Source: a virus. Taken from it: a stretch of 64,000 nucleotides of DNA. Below are positions 19,219 to 28,034 of this stretch, piece by piece. Position 1 is the first letter of the stretch; each line of letters starts with the position of its first letter. The notes beneath the pieces are model-generated. The model saw only the letters and a list, made by a program, of their open reading frames with translations. It made no database searches and was not told where the DNA came from. The DNA lies in the IMG/VR virus record IMGVR_UViG_3300044801_000187, positions 5,952-69,951 of that record. One strand, given 5' to 3'. The position numbers were made by a program, and so were the translations under genes.

Positions 19219-21738
19219 GTGAAGACTGGCATCAGGCAGCCCCTCGACCCAAGCAGGCGGAGTCAGGACGCACGAGACTTCGAAGACAAGATGCGGCGCA
19301 AGATCATCGGCCAGGACGCGGCCGTGGACAAGGTCGTCGGCATCTACCAGATGTTCCTCGCCGGGCTGAACCCTCCGGGGCGGCCGGTCGGCAACCTTCT
19401 ATTTTTGGGGCCGACGGGCAGCGGCAAGACCCGCGTGGTCGAGGCGATGGCCGAGACCCTCTTCGGGTCCACCAACGCCTGCATCAAGATCGACTGCGCC
19501 GAGTTCCAGCACTCCCACGAGATCGCCAAGCTGATTGGGTGTTTCGTTCCCGGTTCCCGAGTCCTCATGGCTGATGGTACGTCCAAACCCATAGAGGATG
19601 TCAAAGTCGGAGATTTGGTCATCACTAAGGATGGCACTGTTCGTCAGGTGACTTTCCTGCATAGATATGAGCAAAATGGGCCGATGGTGCGGTTAGACAT
19701 CGGAAATAGCAACGTGCCGGTAACCTGTACGCCAACACACATGATTTGGGCGATCAAGGCAAACCGGGGAAACAAAAGAGCGACTACCAAGGCGGGGCGT
19801 GATGTGGGGTCTCAGTATCTCCCGGAAAATTTGGAATATGTGGCGGCGGGGACGTTGCAAAAGGGAGACATAGTCGCCTACCCAAGGCAGAAATTCGTGT
19901 GGAACGCCGAACCCATGGCGATGGCGGCGAGTGTAGGAGCGGGGAGCGTGGGGGAAACAAGCTCCACACCAATGTCAGGAATCGTCGGTAAGACCATTGA
20001 TTTGGCGGAGTACGGGAAAGGAGTTAAAGGATTCTGTTTTGATGCTACGCATGTATGGTGCAGCCAGGGGTTTAACCTTTCTCGTTTTACTAAATACGCC
20101 AAGAAAATCGGACTAATTGAAAGGCGGTTATCTTGGGGGGCTAAGTTAACCCGCTTCATCAGAATTGATGAAGCATTTTGCAGATTGTCTGGATTTTATT
20201 TAAGCGAAGGAGGCAACAGCAAATCGCGGAGGAGCATAAATTTCACATTCGGAGGTCACGCACAAGATGGACCATGTGTACAGGAGGTTGTAGAGCTTCT
20301 TGAAAAAGTGTTCGGTGGCGGTACAGTTAATGCAAAAAACCGAGGAGGGAGTGTTCGAATCTACTACTTCTCTAAGATTATTGGGTTGTTAATGGCCGAC
20401 CTTTTTGGGGATTTCGTGCTAAGGAAACACTTGCCAGAGTGGTTCTTCAGGTTGGAGCCGAGGTTGCTGTGGAATTTCCTCGATACGGCGTTCCTCGGGG
20501 ATGGCGGCAAATCCGTGCCTCGCCGCTTGGACTATTCTACCTCGTCGCCCGACTTGGCCTCCCAGATGCGGCTGATGATCCACAATTTGGGGTACACCAC
20601 CCAGATGCAGCGGCATGAACGAAAAAAAGATAAACGCGGGTACAAGGTTTCACCGCGCTATCGGCTGTATGTCGCGGGGGATCAATTCATGCGGTTTGTT
20701 GACAATTTGCCCTCCATCCGCAGGAGTGCGAATGTGTTCAACCCCGGCAACGCTGGAATCCAACGTATGTCGCATGTGGATGACGACTATATCTATTTTC
20801 GCATCAAGGGTGCGGGCACGGTGCTTTACAAGGGGCTTGTCCATGATTTTTCTGTCAATGAAAAAACATCGTATGTTGTTGAAAATATGACAGTTAGCAA
20901 CAGCCCGCCCGGATACCTGGGGCACCGCGAGACGCACCCGCTGCTCACGCAGGAGGCGCTCAACCAGTGGCACACGGAAAAGCTGAAGCTGTCGATCCTG
21001 CTCTTTGACGAGATCGAGAAGTCCTCCGACGCCCTGTGGCAGCTCCTCCTCGGCGTCCTGGACAAGGCCACGCTCACGCTCGGCGACAACCGCCGCGTCG
21101 ACCTGTCCCAGTGCATCATCATCCTGACCTCAAACCTGGGCGCGGCCGACATGCAGACCCTCATGGAGGGCGGCATGGGCTTCAACGTCCCGAGGGAGCA
21201 GATCGTGGTCGACCAGGCGCTAGACGACAAGATCGACCGGACGGCCATCGACGCGGCGCGGCGCAAGTTCGCGCCGGAGTTCATGAACAGGATCGACGGC
21301 ACGGTCGTGTTCAAGACCCTGCGCGACGAGCACGTCCGGCAAATCCTCAACATCGAGCTCGCGATGGTGCAGCAGCGCATCCTCTGGGCCGTCGGCGGCA
21401 AGCAGTTCGTCTTCCAGTGCACGCAGCGGGCCCTGGACGCGGTCCTGGCCGAGGGCACCGACCCGAAGTACGGCGCTCGCCACCTCAAGCGCACGATCGA
21501 GCGCCAGCTGGTCTTCCCGCTCGCCAACATGACGGCGACGGACCAGATCAAGCTCGGAGACTACATCGAGGTCGACTACGAGGGGCCGATCCCCGCGAAC
21601 GGCCAGCCGTGCGAGGGCAAGTTCGTCTTCACGAAAGCTGCGGAGAACGTCATGGTCCCGAACCTCCTGAAGAACATCGGGGCGCTGGGGACCGCCGCCC
21701 CCACGGGCCGGGTGGTCATCCCGAAGAAGATCGTCTAA
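19219..21738 (+). CDS. ClpA/ClpB-family single AAA+ (D2-like) ATPase containing an intein
   Basis: IIGQDAAV, FLGPTGSGKT, KLIG|SPPGYLG, LLFDEIEK, PEFMNRID and YGARHLKR. Confidence 0.88.
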   Translation: MKTGIRQPLDPSRRSQDARDFEDKMRRKIIGQDAAVDKVVGIYQMFLAGLNPPGRPVGNLLFLGPTGSGKTRVVEAMAETLFGSTNACIKIDCAEFQHSHEIAKLIGCFVPGSRVLMADGTSKPIEDVKVGDLVITKDGTVRQVTFLHRYEQNGPMVRLDIGNSNVPVTCTPTHMIWAIKANRGNKRATTKAGRDVGSQYLPENLEYVAAGTLQKGDIVAYPRQKFVWNAEPMAMAASVGAGSVGETSSTPMSGIVGKTIDLAEYGKGVKGFCFDATHVWCSQGFNLSRFTKYAKKIGLIERRLSWGAKLTRFIRIDEAFCRLSGFYLSEGGNSKSRRSINFTFGGHAQDGPCVQEVVELLEKVFGGGTVNAKNRGGSVRIYYFSKIIGLLMADLFGDFVLRKHLPEWFFRLEPRLLWNFLDTAFLGDGGKSVPRRLDYSTSSPDLASQMRLMIHNLGYTTQMQRHERKKDKRGYKVSPRYRLYVAGDQFMRFVDNLPSIRRSANVFNPGNAGIQRMSHVDDDYIYFRIKGAGTVLYKGLVHDFSVNEKTSYVVENMTVSNSPPGYLGHRETHPLLTQEALNQWHTEKLKLSILLFDEIEKSSDALWQLLLGVLDKATLTLGDNRRVDLSQCIIILTSNLGAADMQTLMEGGMGFNVPREQIVVDQALDDKIDRTAIDAARRKFAPEFMNRIDGTVVFKTLRDEHVRQILNIELAMVQQRILWAVGGKQFVFQCTQRALDAVLAEGTDPKYGARHLKRTIERQLVFPLANMTATDQIKLGDYIEVDYEGPIPANGQPCEGKFVFTKAAENVMVPNLLKNIGALGTAAPTGRVVIPKKIV
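19540..20901 (+). mobile_element. Intein (454 aa) with LAGLIDADG endonuclease
   Basis: Starts CFVPGSRVLMADG and ends VVENMTVSN|S; contains GFYLSEGG and AFLGDGG; splicing restores KLIGSPPGY; lower GC. Confidence 0.9.
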
Positions 21739-21739
21739 C

Positions 21740-22114
21740 GTGGACCGCCTCACCAAGGGCCAGCGCAGCAAGCTGATGAGCAGGATCAGGTCCGTCTCCA
21801 AGCTTGAGCTCTCCGCCAGGGCGCACGCGGAGCGCAGGGCCGGGTGCGGGCTAGTCCACGGCACCAAGCGGTCCGGCCTGCCCGGGTCCCCAGACTACTA
21901 CTCCAAGAAGAACAAGGTCGCCGTCTTCGTCCACGGCTGCTTCTGGCACGGCTGCCCCAGGCACTACCGGGAGCCGAAGAGCAACGTAGAGTTCTGGCGG
22001 GCAAAGATCACCCGCAACCGATCGCGCGACCGCCGCGTCCGCAGGGAGTACAGGGCGCTGGGCTGGCGCGTGGTCTCCCTCTGGGAGCACGTCATAGCTT
22101 CTTCCCCATGCTGA
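21740..22114 (+). CDS. vsr: Very short patch repair endonuclease
   Basis: QRSKLMSRIRS, LPGSPD, VFVHGCFWHGCP, FW..KI..N..RD and LGWRV..LWE. Confidence 0.88.
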   Translation: MDRLTKGQRSKLMSRIRSVSKLELSARAHAERRAGCGLVHGTKRSGLPGSPDYYSKKNKVAVFVHGCFWHGCPRHYREPKSNVEFWRAKITRNRSRDRRVRREYRALGWRVVSLWEHVIASSPC

Positions 22115-22440
22115 TCGCGTTTGACAGGCTGACCGAGATTTTCATTAGTTCTTCCGGCGTAGCATTGTTCTTGATTACGTTCGCCCTAAAGCTGATGACC
22201 CATGTGTTGTCCAGAGTGTACCCCAACATTGGATTCTTCCGGTCGATCGACGGACTGTTCGGCTTGCGTTTGCCTATGCCCCCATCAATGGGAATTCCCA
22301 GCAACGGGCAGGTCTCTGGAATTTTTATGTCACGCGGGCTTAAATCGAATTCAAGATGATCACGTCTAGCTCGCCATTTGGCGGCTTTGTATAAACCGCC
22401 CTCTTTCGTGTGGCACATGCCGTGAGTGACATGCCCTCGC
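22092..22440 (-). pseudogene. Homing endonuclease remnant
   Basis: IPETCPLLGIP...SPSIDRKNPMLGYTLDNTWVISFRANVIK; N-terminus missing. Confidence 0.6.
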
Positions 22441-22502
22441 TTTAGATAAAATCCATAGAAGTAACCCTCCGCAATGACTTTGACCCCCAAGAACTAGAAC
22501 AG

Positions 22503-22904
22503 TTGTATGCAATCGAATGCGAGTGCTTCGAACCCGAGTTCCGCTGGACCGAGCGCGTCTTCCGCAAGGCGCTGCTAGACGCTCGCAAGAAGGGCTACGT
22601 CTGGGTCGCCACGATCTCCGGCCGCATCGCAGGCTTCCTGCTCGCGGGCAAGGAGAACGGCAAGGCCAGCATCGAGACCGTCAACATCCCCAAGGTACAC
22701 AGGCGCAAGGGCGTCGCGAGCAAGCTGATCATGGCCTGCGAGCGCGGGATGGACTCGCGCGGCTTCAAGGAGATCAAGCTGGAGGTCTGGACGGAGAACC
22801 CGGCTTTCATCGTCTATTGGAACCTGGGCTACCGCGTGAACGGGTTCAGGCGTAATTATTATAGATTGCATGCTCATGCGATTAGCATGTCAAAGAAACT
22901 TTGA
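22503..22904 (+). CDS. GNAT acetyltransferase (RimI-like)
   Basis: HRRKGVASKL, IKLEV..EN.A...Y..LGY and RRNYY; both ends are lower GC; start uncertain. Confidence 0.8.
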   Translation: MYAIECECFEPEFRWTERVFRKALLDARKKGYVWVATISGRIAGFLLAGKENGKASIETVNIPKVHRRKGVASKLIMACERGMDSRGFKEIKLEVWTENPAFIVYWNLGYRVNGFRRNYYRLHAHAISMSKKL

Positions 22905-22919
22905 CAGTATTAGTCAAAC

Positions 22920-23105
22920 ATGGGCAAGAAGTTAGACCTGGTAAGACAACAGTTTGGACAACTCCTAGTCCTCGCCCTAGCCCCCTCACGAAAAGGGCGC
23001 ACTTACTGGTTATGCAAGTGTCAGTGCGGGAACAAACGAGAAGTCGCAACCGCCAACCTGCGTCACGCCCAATGCCCAATGAAAAGCTGCGGATGTCTTC
23101 ACCTC
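22920..23105 (+). pseudogene. Truncated homing endonuclease N-terminus
   Basis: QFGQLLVL...YWLCKCQCGN...KSCGCL, then runs into the opposite-strand endonuclease. Confidence 0.6.
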
Positions 23106-23642
23106 AACAGCGTCGGCAATTTTTCTGAGTTCAACAGGCGTTGAAGCGTTTTTTAGAACGTTTGCTCGAAAACTAATAATCCAAATGTTGTTCAGAGTAT
23201 AGCCGAGAGACGAATCTATGCGGTCGATAGACGGGCTATTAGACGTTACTTTACCTTCTCCTTTTGCCAATGGCACGCCAAATACAGGACAGAATTCGGG
23301 GATTACTATGTCTTCTGGCCGGAGAGAAAACTTGACACCTTCCTTTTTTGCTCGTGTCTTAGCTGAGTTGTAAAGTGTATATTCGTATGTTCCCCTCAAG
23401 CCGTGTGTTTTGAATCGAGCCGAAGTGCGCTCCCTCGCTAAACATCCACAACTTTGAGACGCACCGTTAGGCAGGTTATTGGCGGCGACTTCTTTTTCCG
23501 TCCCACAGTCACAGCGGCACAGCCAGTATACTTGTTTGCCCTTCGTAGTTCCGCATTTAAGCACGAGCCAACGACCAAATCTTTGACCTTTAAGGCTGGC
23601 GGCATCTGGTTGAAACTGTCCCGTGGTATTACTATCTCGCAC
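23010..23642 (-). CDS. Homing endonuclease (native C-terminus probably lost)
   Basis: RFGRWLVL..WLCRCDCG..SCGC and CPVFG..SPSIDRID..GY..NIWIISFRAN. Confidence 0.65.
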   Translation of the reverse strand: MRDSNTTGQFQPDAASLKGQRFGRWLVLKCGTTKGKQVYWLCRCDCGTEKEVAANNLPNGASQSCGCLARERTSARFKTHGLRGTYEYTLYNSAKTRAKKEGVKFSLRPEDIVIPEFCPVFGVPLAKGEGKVTSNSPSIDRIDSSLGYTLNNIWIISFRANVLKNASTPVELRKIADAVEVKTSAAFHWALGVTQVGGCDFSFVPALTLA

Positions 23643-23645
23643 GCG

Positions 23646-25202
23646 CTACCTTGCGGCTTTCTTGACCTTCTTGATCTTCACGCCGAAGATGGCGTCCGCC
23701 TTCACCGGGCTGACGAGCTGCGCGACCACGCCCTTGTCCTTGGAGACGACGAAGGCCTGGAGCGCCCTGCCGGACGTGATGTAGCCCGCGTTGGAGTGCC
23801 AGCGGTCGATGCCGGAGAGGCTCTTGAGCTGGATGGCCGTCAGGCCGTGGATTTCGCGGATGACCTCATGGTGGAGGTGGCCCGTGAAGAAGTACTGGTA
23901 GTTGGACTGCGAGAACTTGTCGGCCGCTTCCTTGGTCATGACCGCCTGGAGGTCGCCTACCTTGACGCTGTCGCCGTGGTTGAAGCCGAGCAGCGAGTCG
24001 CCGTACAGGACGTACTGGCGGCGGGCCGGGGACACGCGGACGGTGACGTCCTTGGCGTTCTTGTACATGGCCTGGAGGTACAACATGGTCGTCATCGCGC
24101 TGGAGCGGTCATGGTTGCCTGGGACGGGAATCCACTCGACGGGCGCGATCTGGCGGAGCATCTCGACGTGGTCGTGGGCGAGCTCGCTGCCCTCGATGAG
24201 AATCTGGGAGAAGGTGCCGTCGCAGTCCTGCGGGGTGCCCCTCGTGGTGCCGCCCTGCGGGTTGTCGATGTGCAGCCAGTCGGACCCGGAGCCGCAGATG
24301 ATCTTCTCGGGCTTGCCGAACTTGGCGATCATCTCGCCCAGGTTCGTCGTGTGCTCGATCAGCAGGTTCCTCGCCTCCTGGCGGTTGTAACTCTGGCCGG
24401 TCTCGTCCTCCCAGCCGTGCTTGCCGTAGTGCAGGTCGAACGGGGAGAGCACGACGGCGAACGGCTCGTCGGCCTTGCCGATGTCGAGGACAGGCGGCTT
24501 GTAGTGCGGGAGGTTCTTCTGGACATGCGCCAGGAGCGGCTGGTAGACGTTCTGGTCGAAGTTCTGCCACTTCTCGTGGTCGCTCTGGATGAGCCTCCAC
24601 TTCTTCTTCTCGAACGCCTTGTAGAGGGACTGCTTCTTCTTCTGGATTATGTCCTCCACCATGTCGTCCTCGTTGCGCGTGAGGAGCTCCTCGGTGGTGA
24701 CAGGCTCGGAGTCGTGCGTCCAGCCGTGGACCGACTTGTACTCGATGAACCAGTCGCGCCGCATTCCGAACGTGCGGCATATCTCGTTGATGGTCTCGGG
24801 CTTGCCCGTCCAGTTCGAGTACGCGTCCTTCATGGCGCGGTGCTGCGAGCCGGAGAGCTGGATGCGGACCTTGCAGCGGTCCAGGAAGGTGATGTAGGTG
24901 TCGGTCTCCTTGTTGTACGTGTACTTCTCGTCGTAGATGAGGTTGCTGTCGGCCTCGGTCAGCTCGCTCTCCTTGGGCGGCTCGCTCGCCTCCAGCCTGC
25001 ACCCGGCCTCCTCAAGGAAGCCCTTAAAGCGCGACCAGTACTTGGCGAGCATCTTCTCGGGGTACTTCGCGTTCGCACGCCAGAAGTCGCGCCCGATCAC
25101 GATCTCGGGGTTCGCGTCCTGGAGGCGCTGGGCCTCATGGAGGAGGTCTTCGCGCTTAGCCTGCGGCTGCTCTGTCAAAGGTGCGTTCTTCTTAGTTGCC
25201 AA
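23646..25202 (-). CDS. Calcineurin-like metallophosphoesterase
   Basis: DLHYG, GSDWLH, PGNHD, NHGD and GHLHH. Confidence 0.8.
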   Translation of the reverse strand: MATKKNAPLTEQPQAKREDLLHEAQRLQDANPEIVIGRDFWRANAKYPEKMLAKYWSRFKGFLEEAGCRLEASEPPKESELTEADSNLIYDEKYTYNKETDTYITFLDRCKVRIQLSGSQHRAMKDAYSNWTGKPETINEICRTFGMRRDWFIEYKSVHGWTHDSEPVTTEELLTRNEDDMVEDIIQKKKQSLYKAFEKKKWRLIQSDHEKWQNFDQNVYQPLLAHVQKNLPHYKPPVLDIGKADEPFAVVLSPFDLHYGKHGWEDETGQSYNRQEARNLLIEHTTNLGEMIAKFGKPEKIICGSGSDWLHIDNPQGGTTRGTPQDCDGTFSQILIEGSELAHDHVEMLRQIAPVEWIPVPGNHDRSSAMTTMLYLQAMYKNAKDVTVRVSPARRQYVLYGDSLLGFNHGDSVKVGDLQAVMTKEAADKFSQSNYQYFFTGHLHHEVIREIHGLTAIQLKSLSGIDRWHSNAGYITSGRALQAFVVSKDKGVVAQLVSPVKADAIFGVKIKKVKKAAR

Positions 25203-25270
25203 AGTGTTCCCTCCGAGAAACAGCGTCTACGAAAGAGGCGCGTAGTCGTTCAATACTGCGGATTGCGCCA

Positions 25271-25711
25271 TTATTTCCAGTTCATGCTGGCGGTCGGGTT
25301 CAGCAAATACTCCGCTCCTTTGAGAAGCAAAGCGGGATCATCTTGTCCGTGTCCCAACATCCTGTTGCAGTTGGAGCACAATAGGCCCCTGACTTGCCCG
25401 GTTTCATGGTTATGGTCAACATCAAAAGCCCCTTCTTGAACCCTGTCGCATACGGCGCAACGCCCGCCTTGAGCCGTGAACAAAAGATCGTAGTCCGCCT
25501 GCGTAAACCCGTTGTACTTACGGGCCAAGTGTCTTTCCCTGGTTCGCTGATGATCCTTGCTGTATCTCTCCTTCTCGTAGTCAGGATAGGCTATCCGATG
25601 ACCTTTTTGTTTGCAGGTTCTATTACACCATTTCCTGTTTGACGAGCGGGGCTTTAGTATTTCCGCTCCGCATGCTCCGCAGATAACCGTACGATCCAAC
25701 GGAATAGTCAT
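25271..25711 (-). CDS. Endonuclease VII-like homing endonuclease
   Basis: QGGRCAVC...VDHNHETGQVRGLLCSNCNRMLG. Confidence 0.8.
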   Translation of the reverse strand: MTIPLDRTVICGACGAEILKPRSSNRKWCNRTCKQKGHRIAYPDYEKERYSKDHQRTRERHLARKYNGFTQADYDLLFTAQGGRCAVCDRVQEGAFDVDHNHETGQVRGLLCSNCNRMLGHGQDDPALLLKGAEYLLNPTASMNWK

Positions 25712-26886
25712 CGCCAGCCCAGACTAGCCTTTACGAACGCCGCCGCGACTTGGGGGACGATCGCGTTACCATATCCGCGTAGTAGCTCCACCCTTTTGGA
25801 TACCCCATAAGCCAGCGGGAAAGTTCCGGGTTCAGTCGGCCTTTGGCGGCCGTCCCTGTAGGGGAGCCACTCGCAGTCTGCCCAGAATCCTCCGGTTGCT
25901 GTTGGACCGTCCCCGCTATGTCCTTCAGGTCGCCCCTGTAGGAGCCCGGCTTGTTCGGGTCCCTCGTGTTGCCCTGCTCGCTCGGCGCGTTCCCCTTGTA
26001 CCGCAGGGGCTTCGGCAGGCCGTCCGACGACGCGTCGAACGCCTGCGGCGTCGGCCACCCCGTGTACTGCGCCAGCACCGCCAGCGAGGTTATCGCCGTC
26101 CTGTTCGCGCCCGTGCCGTCCCTCTCGCCCATCCGTTTCTTCATCGCGAGGTGAGCCTCCGGCGTCTTGTTGTCGTCCCCCGCGACTGGGGTCGGCCACG
26201 GGGCCTCCACCATGTCCGCCTGCTGGAACAGCCCTGGGTAGTCCTTCCCGTTCACCCGCGAGTAGCGCCCCATCGTCTCGCCCGCCTTCGGCGTCCTCCA
26301 CTCCGCGAGCAGCGCCGCGCCCCTGATCGTCAGGTTGCCGCGCTTGTAGGTCTGCGAGCCCCTGTCCCCGTCCGACTTCATCGGACTGGGCCATCCAATA
26401 GAGGCGCTGCCTTCTGTGCGGGGCACCGAGGCTATGTGCGCCCAAAACACACGACCCGACGGCGTAGCCTTGGGCTTCCAGGTCTGTCGAAACAAGGTCG
26501 AGCCATCCGTGCTTAATAGCCGCTTCAACCTGCTCCCCAAAAATTCGCTGAGGCCTATGGACCGCGATGAGCCTTTCCCATATAGGCCAGAGGTGTCGCT
26601 CGTCCTCGGTTCCTTTCCGCCTTCCTGCGGTGCTGAAGGGCTGGCAGGGGCAGGAGCCTGTCCAGACGGGGCCGTCCCAGCCTGCGAGCTCGAGGGCGTG
26701 GGCCCACCCGCCGATCCCGGCGAAGAAGTGGCACTGTCCGTAGCCCCTGAGGTCGTCCGCTGGCACGTCTGCGATGCTTCGTCCATCTACGTCTCCCTGG
26801 GGGATCAGCCCGTCCTGCATGAGCTTGCGGAGCCACTCGCAGCAGAAGGGGTCGATCTCGTTGTAGTAAACTTTCACCTCAATCAA
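25708..26886 (-). CDS. C5 DNA methyltransferase, catalytic (alpha) polypeptide
   Basis: Motifs FFAGIGG (I), CPCQPFS (IV), EQV (VI), HRRQRLY (VIII) and GYGNAIVP (X). Confidence 0.85.
   Translation of the reverse strand: MIEVKVYYNEIDPFCCEWLRKLMQDGLIPQGDVDGRSIADVPADDLRGYGQCHFFAGIGGWAHALELAGWDGPVWTGSCPCQPFSTAGRRKGTEDERHLWPIWERLIAVHRPQRIFGEQVEAAIKHGWLDLVSTDLEAQGYAVGSCVLGAHSLGAPHRRQRLYWMAQSDEVGRGQGLADLQARQPDDQGRGAARGVEDAEGGRDDGALLAGEREGLPRAVPAGGHGGGPVADPSRGGRQQDAGGSPRDEETDGREGRHGREQDGDNLAGGAGAVHGVADAAGVRRVVGRPAEAPAVQGERAERAGQHEGPEQAGLLQGRPEGHSGDGPTATGGFWADCEWLPYRDGRQRPTEPGTFPLAYGVSKRVELLRGYGNAIVPQVAAAFVKASLGWR
25731..26786 (-). CDS. Overlapping alternative-frame beta polypeptide of the methyltransferase
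   Basis: Four W(P/R)(T/S)P modules and motif-IX-like RLNPELSRWLMGYP, as in M.EcoHK31I beta. Confidence 0.75.
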   Translation of the reverse strand: MDEASQTCQRTTSGATDSATSSPGSAGGPTPSSSQAGTAPSGQAPAPASPSAPQEGGKEPRTSDTSGLYGKGSSRSIGLSEFLGSRLKRLLSTDGSTLFRQTWKPKATPSGRVFWAHIASVPRTEGSASIGWPSPMKSDGDRGSQTYKRGNLTIRGAALLAEWRTPKAGETMGRYSRVNGKDYPGLFQQADMVEAPWPTPVAGDDNKTPEAHLAMKKRMGERDGTGANRTAITSLAVLAQYTGWPTPQAFDASSDGLPKPLRYKGNAPSEQGNTRDPNKPGSYRGDLKDIAGTVQQQPEDSGQTASGSPTGTAAKGRLNPELSRWLMGYPKGWSYYADMVTRSSPKSRRRS

Positions 26887-27301
26887 TACCGGATTGACGG
26901 CTAAGCTGAGCTTCTAGCCAATCCGCGAGGCGGCGAATCACAGCGGGGTCAGTACAGTTCTGCTTCAGCATGCTCGCTATCCAGGAGATTACAGAGATGT
27001 TGCCCCTTACGTAGCCCTGCTCAGGGACAGCGCGGTCTAAGGTAGGTGAGTCGTAATGCGAGCCTTTACGAGTATTGATCTGAAACGGCATGCCGAAGAT
27101 CGGGCAGCAGTTATCGAGCGGCCAGGAGGCAAACACATCCTCCTTGGTGATGTTGAAAGGAAGGCCTCGCTTCTTCGCCCGGGACCTGGCCCCGTAGAAC
27201 ATTCCAGCAACCTGCGTGCATATTTTGCAGTTGTTATTGCCGTATCTGACGGGGGTTGGATGCCCCCGCCTACAGTGACTTTTTCGCCAACCTTTGGCCA
27301 T
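26879..27301 (-). CDS. Homing endonuclease
   Basis: HCRRGH, AKKRGLPFNIT, CPIFG and SPTLDR..GYVRGN. Confidence 0.7.
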   Translation of the reverse strand: MAKGWRKSHCRRGHPTPVRYGNNNCKICTQVAGMFYGARSRAKKRGLPFNITKEDVFASWPLDNCCPIFGMPFQINTRKGSHYDSPTLDRAVPEQGYVRGNISVISWIASMLKQNCTDPAVIRRLADWLEAQLSRQSGID

Positions 27302-27367
27302 TGAACTACCCGTATGCTGAATACTGAAGTTCGTTCTAACTTTTGAATTCTTAGGTGAGAGCCTCCC

Positions 27368-27478
27368 ATGAAAACCGTCACAGCAGGCAAGCTGCCGAAC
27401 ATGCACAGCACGACGTTCAGGGGCATCCACGTCGTGATTAGGGAAGGCTTTTGGGCGGGGCCGCGAAAGTGCCTGTAA
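27368..27478 (+). pseudogene. Orphaned original 5' end of the pyrophosphatase-RelA gene
   Basis: MKTVTAGKLPNMHSTTFRGIHVVI parallels MLKVSDKLPNMHSTMFRKIPVVI at 28027. Confidence 0.8.
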
Positions 27479-27479
27479 A

Positions 27480-28034
27480 ATGAACAAAAACATCAAAAAT
27501 TTGATCGGTCAGAGGTTCGGCAGGCTCGTAGTGACTGAATACGCAGGAGCCACGGCGGGCGGAAAAGCCCAATGGACCACCGTCTGTGACTGCGGCGTAG
27601 AGACCGTGAAGACCGGAGTCTATCTGCGCAAGGGCATTACAAAAAGCTGCGGCTGCCTGCGGGGAGAGAACACCAAACTGCCTGAGGGGGTATCGGCGAG
27701 AAACTCTATCCTGCGTTCCTACAAAAAGCACGCCAAGGAGCGAAACCTCGTCTGGGAAATCTCAGAGTCGTTGTTCAACGATTTGACTAGCCGTCCGTGT
27801 TTCTACTGCGGCGTAACTCCTGGCAACAAGTACTCTAAAAAGGACTCCAATGGCGTCTTCATCTACAACGGCGTTGACCGGAGTGATAGCCACAAGGGAT
27901 ACTTTTTGGAGAATGTGGTACCGTGCTGCGCGATGTGCAACCGGGCGAAGATGGTGATGATCCGGGAGGAGTTCCTCTCATGGGTCGATAGGGTTTACCT
28001 CCACCAGCACAAAAGCGAGGCGGCGCGTGCTTAA
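27480..28034 (+). CDS. HNH-type homing endonuclease
   Basis: RFGRLVV, CDCG, KSCGC, PCFYCG and NGVDR..GY..NVVPCCAMCNRAK. Confidence 0.8.
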   Translation: MNKNIKNLIGQRFGRLVVTEYAGATAGGKAQWTTVCDCGVETVKTGVYLRKGITKSCGCLRGENTKLPEGVSARNSILRSYKKHAKERNLVWEISESLFNDLTSRPCFYCGVTPGNKYSKKDSNGVFIYNGVDRSDSHKGYFLENVVPCCAMCNRAKMVMIREEFLSWVDRVYLHQHKSEAARA

